Positions 29,593 through 39,150 of a DNA stretch of 64,000 nt are shown piece after piece (the first letter of the stretch is position 1; the number at the start of each line of letters is the position of its first letter). The position numbers were made by a program, and so were the translations under genes. The notes under the pieces were generated by a model, which made no database searches, was not told the DNA's origin, and saw only the letters and a list, made by a program, of their open reading frames with translations. The DNA lies in the IMG/VR virus record IMGVR_UViG_3300017786_003484, positions 1-64,000 of that record; one strand, given 5' to 3'.

Positions 29593-31683
29593 TTATACTC
29601 CTGCTTTTCCTGCTTCGTTTGCTTTTTTAAACTTTACATTTCTTTCTTTTTTGATCTTCTTCTGCATTGCTTCTTTTGCTTTTTGTCCTAAAAGAGGATC
29701 TTTTGTTCCTTTTAACTTTGATGTAAACTTTCCACCTGTAAATGTATGTACAGTTGAAAAAATCCTATATACACCCGTAATCAAATCTTCTTTGTCTAGG
29801 TCCATAAGGTCTTTGTCGTTTCTATCTGCACTTGGTACTCCGACTTCTAAGTAGACTGAATTATCTACATTTTGCCCAGCTGTTTTTGCTAAGTGTTCTT
29901 TTAGTGCTTCCTTGTAGTTTCCTATATTTTCGATATAAAAATTTATGTCATCTTGTACTGGTGCTTTTCCTTCTACTCCTGCTGGTGTTTGGTGTAGCCA
30001 AAACGGATCTCCTAAAACATCAAAATCTAATGTTATTAAATCTCCACTACCTGCACTTGCACCAGCATGTAATTGTTTAAACAAATGTTTTGAAACAAAC
30101 TCTGCTCTTTTGCCTTCTGATTGTGTATCTTTTGTTTTACCTTGTGTATTAGTTGGAGTAAACATAGTCTTATAGATATTTGCTTCTTTTTCTTGTGCTT
30201 TATTTACATCAGGTTCTGTTAAATCTTCAGCAAATCTAAAAGGAGCAAGTTTTTCATCTTGTATTCTTTTTATTGTCGCTTCATCTCTTCTTTTATTTTC
30301 AGCATTTTGTTTTCTTGCAACTTCTCTTAATTCCTTGGCTGATGGTTTGTTCTTTGTAGTTTTTGCTTGTGGAACAGAAAGGTCATTAATTATTGACAGA
30401 GGAATTCTCCAAAGGTTATTAAACTTAAGATCTAAGTTTAATATTTCAGTATTTTCTCCTGAATAAATCCACTTATATGCTTTTCTAATAAGTCCGTTTT
30501 CAATATAATCATCAATCCTAGCAGATACATCATCTATAGATGAAGTCTGTTCTAATTCATTAGGATCCATAAGATCTTTGGCTAAAGCCCTTGCACCTAC
30601 AAATACTTCTACATCTACTGCTTCTTTCATTCGTTTAGCATCAAATGAATCTTTGCCTTGTACAGTAACTCCTGTAACAACTAATATTGACTTCTTTAAC
30701 TTTTTAAGAGACTCTGGTTTTGGTTTTACACTTTCTTGGTCAAATGCATCATTTGTTAAATATTTTACAAGCTCTGGCGAAGTGCCAAACATTTGATGTA
30801 TAAACCCTTGTATTGTTTCTCCTGGTGCTAGTGCAATATTACCATCCGTAAATATACTCATAAAAAAGCCTTCGCTTTTTGTTGCAATTAGTTTTGAATC
30901 AAAATCAAATTTTAATTTCTTTAGTGTGTCGCAAACATAAAATTTATAGGTGTCTGCTTTTTCTTGTATTCCGTCTTTAACTAATTCTTTTTGGTACTTG
31001 TTTAATCCAGTTTCTAATCTTGTAATAAGACCTTGTATATTATTCTGTTTACTATTATCATTGTCTTTGTCGACAGATACACCTTTTTCTATTTTCAACA
31101 CTTCTGTATTACTAGAAGAACCTAAGTTTGTTACTAGTTGTAAACTATATGTTGAACCTCTTAAATCTAGACTCATTTCTAAATCAGTAATTGTAACATA
31201 CCATTTATAGACCATTTCGTTACCTAATCCATCTTTGCATATAACTGGCATGTCGTTTTCGTAACCCTTGAAGTTTACTTCTAATAAAAATATTGCTTCT
31301 TGAGAATTAGGATAGTTAAACGATCTTGCAGACTTTGCAATCATCTCTGGTAGTTTAGCACCCAAAGGTTCAGTTATTCCCATTTTAAATGTATGATCTA
31401 TTGCAGACATATAAAAGGGTTGTGGGTGTCCAGGATTAGCTGTTGTTATTTCAAGCGATTCTAATACAATCGAACCAACTGATGCCGAGTCTAATACTTT
31501 AATCCCTCTTCCGTGATTAAATGATCTTTCTTTTATTTTAAGTGTTCTTTCGTCGCTGGGCATCATAGTTAACACTATATTATAGGTATAACTAGGATAT
31601 GCTAATAAAGGATTATCTCCTACTTCACTAGCAAGTTTTGGAGGAGCTTGAATTGACTCAGGTGCAAGTTTCGCTATGGCCAT
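29593..31683 (-). CDS. Baseplate hub protein, gp27-like
   Basis: NPLLAYPSYTYN, ITEPLG, YSGENTEIL, VLGDPFWL, GVYRI..V.HTFTGGKFT..L; upstream of gp5-like gene. Confidence 0.6.
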   Translation of the reverse strand: MAIAKLAPESIQAPPKLASEVGDNPLLAYPSYTYNIVLTMMPSDERTLKIKERSFNHGRGIKVLDSASVGSIVLESLEITTANPGHPQPFYMSAIDHTFKMGITEPLGAKLPEMIAKSARSFNYPNSQEAIFLLEVNFKGYENDMPVICKDGLGNEMVYKWYVTITDLEMSLDLRGSTYSLQLVTNLGSSSNTEVLKIEKGVSVDKDNDNSKQNNIQGLITRLETGLNKYQKELVKDGIQEKADTYKFYVCDTLKKLKFDFDSKLIATKSEGFFMSIFTDGNIALAPGETIQGFIHQMFGTSPELVKYLTNDAFDQESVKPKPESLKKLKKSILVVTGVTVQGKDSFDAKRMKEAVDVEVFVGARALAKDLMDPNELEQTSSIDDVSARIDDYIENGLIRKAYKWIYSGENTEILNLDLKFNNLWRIPLSIINDLSVPQAKTTKNKPSAKELREVARKQNAENKRRDEATIKRIQDEKLAPFRFAEDLTEPDVNKAQEKEANIYKTMFTPTNTQGKTKDTQSEGKRAEFVSKHLFKQLHAGASAGSGDLITLDFDVLGDPFWLHQTPAGVEGKAPVQDDINFYIENIGNYKEALKEHLAKTAGQNVDNSVYLEVGVPSADRNDKDLMDLDKEDLITGVYRIFSTVHTFTGGKFTSKLKGTKDPLLGQKAKEAMQKKIKKERNVKFKKANEAGKAGV

Positions 31684-31684
31684 T

Positions 31685-31975
31685 TTAAATTCCGTCTGTG
31701 CTAGTAAGTACCTCTAGTACTGTTCCAGCTTTTAAATCTCTAATAGGATCAACAAGTGCATTTCTATTGAGCATTGCAATAGTCCACCAATACTTACTGT
31801 TACCATATAAATCATAACTTAGTTTGTCTGGTCTATGTGCCTGAGCTGGTGTAACTATATGTTGTTGGGTTTCGGTCCCAGGTGATACTAAATCGTCGAC
31901 TGTCTGTGCATTATAGATATCTAAGAAAAAGTCTTTAACTTTTGTATTTCCGTAATGTGCTTTGCCTGTTGCCAT
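31685..31975 (-). CDS. Baseplate wedge protein, gp53/LysM-like
   Basis: HRPDKLSYDLYGNSKYWWTIA..N..DPI.D..AG. Confidence 0.8.
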   Translation of the reverse strand: MATGKAHYGNTKVKDFFLDIYNAQTVDDLVSPGTETQQHIVTPAQAHRPDKLSYDLYGNSKYWWTIAMLNRNALVDPIRDLKAGTVLEVLTSTDGI

Positions 31976-32574
31976 TAAATATATCCTTTGCCTAATAGTT
32001 TACCTGATGCAAAATCCTCTAACTTAAAGTCTTTAACTACTTCAAGTGGGCTAAGTTGAACAAGTAATGTTACGGAGATATCAAATAATACAGGTACTGT
32101 CTGAAATCCATCTGCCATGCTTACTGTAATGTAATCTACGTCCTGTGGATAATCAAAAGAAAACGATTGTACTACAACTGGTGTATTATTATAAAGCCCG
32201 TAAGCATTTAGTCTTCCAATTGGAGGAGGCGTTCCTCTTGTTTCTTTTTCTTGTTTTCTACCATAAAACATCATAGTAGATGTTCTTAACAAATGTATTG
32301 CATTTAATGCTCTGCGTCCTTCTTTTTCATCTCTACTAACAAAAGGTCCACTAATTGATATTGAAGGAACTTTTCTATTACCAAACGCACTTGGTTGATA
32401 ATTTGTATGTTGTAATTCAATAGTATTATAGTTAACTTCAATAGATTGTGTTATTCTCGGAGTATAGTCCCATTCAATAATATTAGTGTTAAAAGCCGCA
32501 TTATCCGAAGTTGGTGTAACTTCAGGCTTTAGTGCTTTAAACGATAATTTTACTTTATCCGCAACTTGAGCCAT
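31975..32574 (-). CDS. Baseplate/tail tube initiator-like protein
   Basis: YTPRI, HTNY, GTPPPI..LNAYG..NNTPVVVQSFSFDYPQDVDY. Confidence 0.6.
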   Translation of the reverse strand: MAQVADKVKLSFKALKPEVTPTSDNAAFNTNIIEWDYTPRITQSIEVNYNTIELQHTNYQPSAFGNRKVPSISISGPFVSRDEKEGRRALNAIHLLRTSTMMFYGRKQEKETRGTPPPIGRLNAYGLYNNTPVVVQSFSFDYPQDVDYITVSMADGFQTVPVLFDISVTLLVQLSPLEVVKDFKLEDFASGKLLGKGYI

Positions 32575-32575
32575 G

Positions 32576-33226
32576 TTATGTTAGCCTCCTGCTAAAAATA
32601 CTAAGGATCTTTTTCTGTAAACCTTCGTCTGCGTTTGGGTATAGATCTTTTACAATTCTTTCTTGTTCCTCTGTACTTCCGCTTGCAAACATACTTCTAA
32701 TCTCTGATGCACTTCCTGCTGTTTGCCCTGCAACTGTAAACTTATAATCTTTAACAGGATATATGTACCCATGTCCAGGGCGTTCTGTTCCTTCACCTTT
32801 GTCGTTTGTAAAAGGTTTCATCTTACCACCTGTGTACTTTTGAAAATAAGAAGGCGAACCATTTTTTAATGGTGTGAACTGAAATCTAGGATCTTCTTGC
32901 ATATCCTTTGATCCTACTCCAAATACCATAACATCTGTGTTAGGATCAAGACCTAATGCAGTTGGTAATATCTTTGGATTATAAGGAACCGGTTCTTCAA
33001 TAACCTGGCTTGGATTAATACCCGTTGCTTGTATCATTGCTTTTTTCTCGTCAAAAGAAAAAGGACTCTTATTCGGCTCTACTTTGCCGCTAGAAGCGAT
33101 ATAAGTATTGTTAATGCCAAACTTAGACGCTAGTTCTTTATATGCAGAAGCATGTCCATGATGGAACGGATGAAACCTTCCACCATAAATGGCAATTACT
33201 TGGGGTTGCAAATCACTAATTTTCAT
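32576..33226 (-). CDS. HxGH-superfamily nucleotidyltransferase (cytidyltransferase-like)
   Basis: IYGGRFHPFHHGH, PFSFDEK, SASEIR. Confidence 0.8.
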   Translation of the reverse strand: MKISDLQPQVIAIYGGRFHPFHHGHASAYKELASKFGINNTYIASSGKVEPNKSPFSFDEKKAMIQATGINPSQVIEEPVPYNPKILPTALGLDPNTDVMVFGVGSKDMQEDPRFQFTPLKNGSPSYFQKYTGGKMKPFTNDKGEGTERPGHGYIYPVKDYKFTVAGQTAGSASEIRSMFASGSTEEQERIVKDLYPNADEGLQKKILSIFSRRLT

Positions 33227-33245
33227 GTTATAATATCTCCAACTA

Positions 33246-33251
33246 TATTTA
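33246..33251 (-). promoter_or_regulatory. Late promoter-like TAAATA heading the baseplate operon
   Basis: Minus strand GGTAAATATAG followed by GGAG RBS and ATG at 33226. Confidence 0.6.
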
Positions 33252-33280
33252 CCGTTTTTATAAAGTGGGTAGATAACCTA

Positions 33281-33309
33281 TTGACAATAAGAACAATATT
33301 TGCTATACT
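33281..33309 (+). promoter_or_regulatory. sigma70-type promoter
   Basis: TTGACA-17 bp-TATACT, then AAGGA RBS before 33330. Confidence 0.85.
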
Positions 33310-33329
33310 AATGAAAATAAGGAATTAAT

Positions 33330-34298
33330 ATGACAACTAATCTAAAAAACGTATACTTAAAGAATAAAGACTTACTTCTTCAGATCCATAAAAGCAAACT
33401 TCAGTTTTGCTGGAAAGAAGATAGGAAATATGGTGATTATGATATCATTTTGCATGACCTAAAACATTTCCATAATCGCAAGACTATAGCATTTCCGGAA
33501 GGAGCTCTTAACATTGCAAAGGCTACTCGAGCCAAAAGATTTGCAGAAGCACTTCATAAAGAGGCTATTAAGCAATGGGAAGAAGAAGGAAAACGTCCTA
33601 GCAAGAAACCAAAAATGGATCAATTTATGGTACCAACAAAATCTATTTCTAACGATGAAATAGTGGTTAGGCTCATGGATTGGGATCATATTCCAGAAGA
33701 ACCAGGACGTAAGACTAATCCTAAAACACCTGCAGATTACAGAGCTAAAGTTAACTTTCCTCCTTTTAAACATTATGTTAAGGAAGACGGAGAGTGGAAA
33801 GAAGTAGTTCGTAGTCATTGGAAAGGTGATTTAGAAACTGGCCACTTTAGTATTGATCATGGAAAGATTACTAATAGGCTTGGCGCAATGTTTCTAAAAT
33901 TATGTGAACGTTATAGTTTACGAAGTAACTGGAGAGGATATAGTTATATTGACGAAATGAGAGGACAGGCTCTTATACAATTAACGCAGATTGCTTTACA
34001 ATTTGATGAGAGCAAGAGTCAAAACCCGTTTGCTTATTATACTGCCGCCGTAACTAATAGTTTTACTCGAGTATTAAATGTTGAAAAGAGACAACGTGAT
34101 ATACGTGACGATTTACTACAAGAAGCAGGGCAAACTCCAAGTTGGACCAGACAAGCAGAGCATATTGAAAAAGTAAAAGCAGAAGTTGAAAGAGCTCTTG
34201 CTTTAAAAGAAGCAGAGAAAGCAGAAAAAGAAAAAGAAGAAAAAGAACCATTATCAGAGATGATTGGACATAATAATCCGCCACCAGAATTTCAGTAA
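33330..34298 (+). CDS. Late-transcription sigma factor, T4 gp55-like
   Basis: YLKNKDLL, NWRGYSYIDEM, FDESKSQNPFAYYT..NSF.R....EK; upstream of gp47/gp46 as in T4-like phages. Confidence 0.85.
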   Translation: MTTNLKNVYLKNKDLLLQIHKSKLQFCWKEDRKYGDYDIILHDLKHFHNRKTIAFPEGALNIAKATRAKRFAEALHKEAIKQWEEEGKRPSKKPKMDQFMVPTKSISNDEIVVRLMDWDHIPEEPGRKTNPKTPADYRAKVNFPPFKHYVKEDGEWKEVVRSHWKGDLETGHFSIDHGKITNRLGAMFLKLCERYSLRSNWRGYSYIDEMRGQALIQLTQIALQFDESKSQNPFAYYTAAVTNSFTRVLNVEKRQRDIRDDLLQEAGQTPSWTRQAEHIEKVKAEVERALALKEAEKAEKEKEEKEPLSEMIGHNNPPPEFQ

Positions 34299-34308
34299 GG
34301 AGTAATAA

Positions 34309-34692
34309 ATGACAAATCCATTTGAAGACCAGGAACGTTTTATGTTAGCATGTGATCAAACTGTTGCAGAAGAAAACATTCCACAATACCAGCTATACCT
34401 TTCGTTAATTAACGAAGAAGCAAAGGAGTTAGTTGATGCAATTAAAGCCAGTGATAAACAGGAACAATTAGATGCCTTAATTGATATTCTTGTTGTTACA
34501 ATTGGCGCAATCCATTCTATGGGAGCCGATGGCGAAGGTGCTTGGAGCGAAGTAATGTCTACAAACTTTGCCAAAATTGATGAAGTAACTGGTAAAGTTA
34601 ATAAAAGAAGTGACGGTAAAATTCTTAAGCCAAAAGATTGGGAAAGCCCAAAATTGGAGCAATATTTACAAAGGAAACTCGAAGATGAATAG
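34309..34692 (+). CDS. MazG-like NTP pyrophosphohydrolase (PRA-PH family)
   Basis: LINEEAKEL..DALIDILVV..G, EVMSTNFAK, DGKILKP. Confidence 0.85.
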   Translation: MTNPFEDQERFMLACDQTVAEENIPQYQLYLSLINEEAKELVDAIKASDKQEQLDALIDILVVTIGAIHSMGADGEGAWSEVMSTNFAKIDEVTGKVNKRSDGKILKPKDWESPKLEQYLQRKLEDE

Positions 34693-34843
34693 AGCATTAG
34701 AACGACTCGAATATAAACACAAAGTTCTTAAGAAACTTGTTGAGGGTGCAACAGGAGACCTTGTACAAAAACTAAAGAAAGAAAAACTTTTTATAAAAGA
34801 TCAGTTAGTTAGAGCTAGACAACAAGCAAAAGAAGTGTTATAA
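34685..34843 (+). CDS. Small coiled-coil protein (DUF465-like)
   Basis: 52 aa, LKKEKLFIKDQL. Confidence 0.55.
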   Translation: MNRALERLEYKHKVLKKLVEGATGDLVQKLKKEKLFIKDQLVRARQQAKEVL

Positions 34844-34849
34844 TATAGA

Positions 34850-35872
34850 ATGAATCAACCTTTTAAGAAAGCCGCATATTTTACGGATATTCATTTTGGT
34901 TTAAGAAATAACAGTCGAGCTCATAATGATGACTGTGAAAACTTTATCAAGTGGTTTGTAGAAGAAGCTCACAAAGAAGGATGCGAAACTTGTATCTTTG
35001 GTGGCGATTGGCATAATAGCCGTAGTAATATTAATGTTAGTACACTTAATTATACTACCACAAATTTAGAATACTTGAGCCAAAACTTTGAAAATGTCTA
35101 TGTGATTATGGGCAATCATGACTTGGCTTATAGAGAAAAACGAGAAATTAATTCTCTGCCTTTTGGCGAATATTTGACAAATTTGCATATTATTAATGAA
35201 CTTACTACTATTGGTGACATGACTATTGTTCCTTGGTTAGTTGGTGAAGAATGGACAGAAATGAGAAATATACATTCTCGTTACATATTTGGACACTTTG
35301 AACTTCCTCGTTTTAAAATGAATGCTATGGTAGAGATGCCGGACCATGGAGGGCTAAATGGGGATCATTTTCCTAATCAGGAATTTGTATTCAGCGGACA
35401 CTTTCATAAGAGGCAAAGAAGAGGAAATGTAATCTACACAGGTAATGCTTTCCCTCATAATTTTGCTGATGCAGGTGATGACGAAAGAGGCATGATGATA
35501 CTTCCTTATGGTGGAGAGTATGTATTTAGACAGTGGCCAGATGCTCCTAAATTTAAAACTATGTCGTTGACACATGCAATTGACAACCATACACATTTGT
35601 TTGATCATACAACTTTTGCTCGTATTACTATTGATGTTGATATTAGTTACGAAGAAGCATCTTATATCAAAGAAAAGTGGTATAACGAATATGGAATGCG
35701 TGAATTATCTCTTATACCAAATGCTAAGGAAGAACATTCTAAAGAATGGGATGGCGGAGAAATTAAATTTGAAAGTGTTGATGCTATTGTTCTAAATCAA
35801 ATTCAATCTATTGATTCTGATGTAATAGATAGAAAATTATTAACAGAAATATACCAAGGATTGAATAAATGA
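34850..35872 (+). CDS. Recombination nuclease, T4 gp47/SbcD/Mre11-like
   Basis: Metallophosphoesterase motifs DIHFG, GD, GNHD, GHFE, SGHFH. Confidence 0.92.
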   Translation: MNQPFKKAAYFTDIHFGLRNNSRAHNDDCENFIKWFVEEAHKEGCETCIFGGDWHNSRSNINVSTLNYTTTNLEYLSQNFENVYVIMGNHDLAYREKREINSLPFGEYLTNLHIINELTTIGDMTIVPWLVGEEWTEMRNIHSRYIFGHFELPRFKMNAMVEMPDHGGLNGDHFPNQEFVFSGHFHKRQRRGNVIYTGNAFPHNFADAGDDERGMMILPYGGEYVFRQWPDAPKFKTMSLTHAIDNHTHLFDHTTFARITIDVDISYEEASYIKEKWYNEYGMRELSLIPNAKEEHSKEWDGGEIKFESVDAIVLNQIQSIDSDVIDRKLLTEIYQGLNK

Positions 35873-37638
35873 TTATATTCAAGAATATTACAATAAAAAA
35901 CTTTATGAGTGTTGGTAATGTTACTCAGGCATTAAACTTAGACAAAGATGGTTTGACTCTTGTACTAGGAAATAACTTAGATTTAGGTGGCGATGGAGCT
36001 CGTAATGGTGTTGGTAAAACAACTATTGTTAATGCTTTGTCTTTTGCACTTTATGGTGATGCATTAACTACAATCCGTAAACATAACCTAATTAACAAAA
36101 CTAATGGCAAGAATATGCTTGTTACATTAGAGTTTGAAAAGAACGGCGAAAAGTTTAAAATTGAACGTGGACGTAGTCCAAATGTCTTACATTTTTATAT
36201 TAACGATAGTAAGTTAGGTGATGTAACAGATGAAGGACAAGGCGAAAATAGAGTTACACAAAAAGAAATAGATAGGCTTATTGGCATGGGCAAAGAAATG
36301 TTCAAACACCTTGTTGCATTGAACACTTATACACAACCTTTCTTATCTTTACGGGCCAATGAACAACGAGAAATTATTGAAGAACTTCTCGGTATTACAC
36401 AACTTAGTGAAAAAGCTGACATACTTAAAGAAGGTATTAGAAATACTAAGGATCTGGTTAAAGATGAAGAATCAAGGCATCGTGCATTAGAAGAAAGTAA
36501 TGCTAGAGTTAAGTCTACTATTGACGATTTAAAAAGACGTAGCAGGACATGGGCTAAGAAAAAAGATGCTGACTTAACTAATTTGTTGGCTGGTATTACA
36601 GAGTTAGAATCAACAGATATTGATGCAGAACTTGCATCTCACAGGGCATTAGAAGTTTTTAAAGAAAACGATAATCGCCTAAAGTTAGCCAATAAAGAAC
36701 TTGCTTCTAGACAGAGTAATATTAATAAACTTAAGGAATCTTTTAAATTATCTGAAAATAATTTAGTATCTTTAAAGGATAATAAGTGCCATACTTGTGG
36801 TACTAAGTTACAAGACGAAAAGCAAAAAACTTTAATAACAGAATCTAACAATATGCTAAATCAGATTAAAGATGCTCTTAAAGAAGAACATGGTCTTTTA
36901 GCACAAGCAGATATTGCTGTTCGAGATATTGGAGATATGGGTACAAGACCTAGTACAAAATATTTGAATATTGAAGAAGCAATTAAACACCAGAGTAATT
37001 TAGAAAACTTAAAAAGTACTCTGGTAAACAAGGAAGGAGAGGCAGATCCTTACCAGGAGCAAATAGAAGCTCTTGAAACTACTGCCCTTGCAGAAATATC
37101 ATGGGAGAACATGAATGAGTATACAAAACTGCAAGAACACCAAGAATTTTTGTTAAAATTGCTTACTAACAAGGACTCATTTGTCCGTAAACGCATTATC
37201 GAGCAGAATTTAGCATATTTGAACCACAGACTAGGTTATTACTTGGATAAGTTACAATTACCACATGAAGTGGAATTTAAAAGCGACTTAGAGGTTGACA
37301 TTACTCAATTGGGTCAAACATTTGATTTTGACAACCTAAGCAGGGGAGAACGTAACAGGTTAATCTTAGCTCTAAGTTGGAGTTTTAGAGATGTGTATGA
37401 GAGTTTCACAGAACCTATGAATTTATTGTTTATTGATGAATTAGTAGACTCAGGCATGGACCAAGTTGGTATTGAGTTATCAATGAGTGTCTTAAAGAAA
37501 ATGGGCCGTGAAATGAAACGTAATGTCTTTTTAATCAGCCATCGAGACGAACTCGCTGGTCGTGTAAACAACGTACTAATGGTTGTTAAGCAAAATGGTT
37601 TTACCGAGCTTGACAATTCTACTGAAATTATTTTATAA
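35869..37638 (+). CDS. Recombination ATPase, T4 gp46/SbcC/Rad50-like
   Basis: Walker A NGVGKTT, zinc hook CHTC, signature LSRGE, Walker B LFIDE, ISH. Confidence 0.93.
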   Translation: MIIFKNITIKNFMSVGNVTQALNLDKDGLTLVLGNNLDLGGDGARNGVGKTTIVNALSFALYGDALTTIRKHNLINKTNGKNMLVTLEFEKNGEKFKIERGRSPNVLHFYINDSKLGDVTDEGQGENRVTQKEIDRLIGMGKEMFKHLVALNTYTQPFLSLRANEQREIIEELLGITQLSEKADILKEGIRNTKDLVKDEESRHRALEESNARVKSTIDDLKRRSRTWAKKKDADLTNLLAGITELESTDIDAELASHRALEVFKENDNRLKLANKELASRQSNINKLKESFKLSENNLVSLKDNKCHTCGTKLQDEKQKTLITESNNMLNQIKDALKEEHGLLAQADIAVRDIGDMGTRPSTKYLNIEEAIKHQSNLENLKSTLVNKEGEADPYQEQIEALETTALAEISWENMNEYTKLQEHQEFLLKLLTNKDSFVRKRIIEQNLAYLNHRLGYYLDKLQLPHEVEFKSDLEVDITQLGQTFDFDNLSRGERNRLILALSWSFRDVYESFTEPMNLLFIDELVDSGMDQVGIELSMSVLKKMGREMKRNVFLISHRDELAGRVNNVLMVVKQNGFTELDNSTEIIL

Positions 37639-37648
37639 GGAGAATAAT

Positions 37649-37843
37649 ATGACAGACCCAAGAGATTCAGCTCACCATATAGCACTAATGGAAAATATGG
37701 ATACTTATATGGCAGAGAACAGAAAGTTTGTAGAAAAGGGAGTTAAGGCTTCTGCAACTAGAGCTCGTAAAGCTCTTCAGGCTATTGCTGTTGCTGTTAA
37801 AGAAAGACGTAAAGAAATCACAGAAGAGAAAAACGCACTTTAA
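37649..37843 (+). CDS. Histone H1-like (Hc1-type) small basic protein
   Basis: KFVEKGVKASATRARKAL...RKEI; AAGGAG RBS before ATG 37649. Confidence 0.65.
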   Translation: MTDPRDSAHHIALMENMDTYMAENRKFVEKGVKASATRARKALQAIAVAVKERRKEITEEKNAL

Positions 37844-38355
37844 TGCCAAGTAAAAGTAAAACTAAAGGATCAAGTTTTGAGAGGGAGGTTGCAACACATC
37901 TCTCAGAAATTTACAACGAAAGTTTTGTAAGAGTTCCAAACTCAGGAGCTTTTGTTGGAGGAATGAATCAGGCTCGTAAAAGCTATCTAAGTGAAGAACA
38001 AATTAGAGGCTTTAAAGGAGATATTATTCCTGGTCCTAGTTTTCCTTTATTGGTATTTGAATGCAAATTTTATGCAGACTTTCCTTTCCATCAGTTACTT
38101 CAAAATACGGACGTACTGATATTAGATGACTGGATAAATCAAACTATAGACTGTATGGATGATGGCGACTTAGGACTTCTTTGTATGAAGTTTAATAGAA
38201 AAGGTCGTTATGTTGCATACGAGGACAAGTTTAAATTTAAGACAACAAGATCTATAAACTATAAAAATTGGCTCATAACAGAATACGATTCCTTTTGGGA
38301 ATTGAATGTAGAACAAGTAAAAACATACTCAAAACTCACAGAGACCATCTCTTAG
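37843..38355 (+). CDS. Holliday junction resolvase (PD-(D/E)xK, Hjc-like)
   Basis: SKTKGSSFERE, SGA, GDII, FECK. Confidence 0.75.
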   Translation: MPSKSKTKGSSFEREVATHLSEIYNESFVRVPNSGAFVGGMNQARKSYLSEEQIRGFKGDIIPGPSFPLLVFECKFYADFPFHQLLQNTDVLILDDWINQTIDCMDDGDLGLLCMKFNRKGRYVAYEDKFKFKTTRSINYKNWLITEYDSFWELNVEQVKTYSKLTETIS

Positions 38356-38359
38356 ACAC

Positions 38360-38890
38360 ATTGGCAAGCTATCTACTGATAGGTTAGTGCAAGCCGTTTA
38401 TATTGCACCCATAAAATCTGGATCAATTAAGGATCGCAGAGGACGGAAGTTCTGAGCAGTAGCAGAGACATATCACCACTATCCTTGACAGGACGTAGTT
38501 CAAACAGCATGAAACTGGACTGGTGTATGTATAGTATTGCTAAAATGAGTAGGCTCTGGTGAACTATTACAACCTACATAACAATAGAATTGGTTTGGTT
38601 TGGTTCTATTTGTTTGCGTTATTACAGTCTAGTGTAAAAGGGTACCGCGTAACCGCCCTAACAGAAATGTTGCTTTAACCAAAGTGTGGTAGAGGTCTGT
38701 GTCAAGACAACCATTTATCTTAGCCCCTAAACGGGGCTAAGTGTGGATAGTTAATCTATGTCAAGCTAAACTTAAAAATATTAGAGTCAAACTTATATAA
38801 TAAAAACTATGTGTTATCGTTTGAAATATAAAATTGAATGAGTAGAGCAACGCGATACGATATTCATGGACGAAGTATTCGTCCTGTAAC
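38360..38890 (+). ncRNA. Candidate large structured non-coding element (ncRNA or origin); strand tentative
   Basis: Largest ORF-free gap in the window, packed with at least 9 helices including a GAAA tetraloop and a 9-bp perfect stem. Confidence 0.45.
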
Positions 38891-38922
38891 TGATTCTTAA
38901 CAATGTTAATGAGCAACTCTGG

Positions 38923-39150
38923 CTAACGCATCTGATTAGCAATACCCTTTTTACCATACATTGTATCTATCTTCTCTTTAACTACTTCTGATAAGATTAC
39001 TCTGTCAGTATATGGCATATCCCATACAACTTGTATAGGGTTGCTACTCCAAACACTTAAATTACATATATCTTGGGTTAGGGCTCTTGACTCAGATTCA
39101 AAACTTTCGATATACTTTGTAATCTTATTTGAATCAGTTCCTAGACTCAA
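38923..39150 (-). CDS. gp51-like small protein; likely -1 frameshift extension of the upstream gene
   Basis: VWDMPYTDRVIL motif; only a TTG start overlapping the upstream stop; frame is open back to a T8 run. Confidence 0.6.
   Translation of the reverse strand: MSLGTDSNKITKYIESFESESRALTQDICNLSVWSSNPIQVVWDMPYTDRVILSEVVKEKIDTMYGKKGIANQMR

Noticed and set aside
38430-38680. RNase P RNA, tmRNA or group I/II intron identity for the structured spacer
   Set aside because: Only loose fragments resemble RNase P (GAGGACGGAAGTTC, GTAGGCT, ACAGAAATGTTGCTT) and not in convincing order; no tRNA-like ends; no group II domain V or group I core; no interrupted gene
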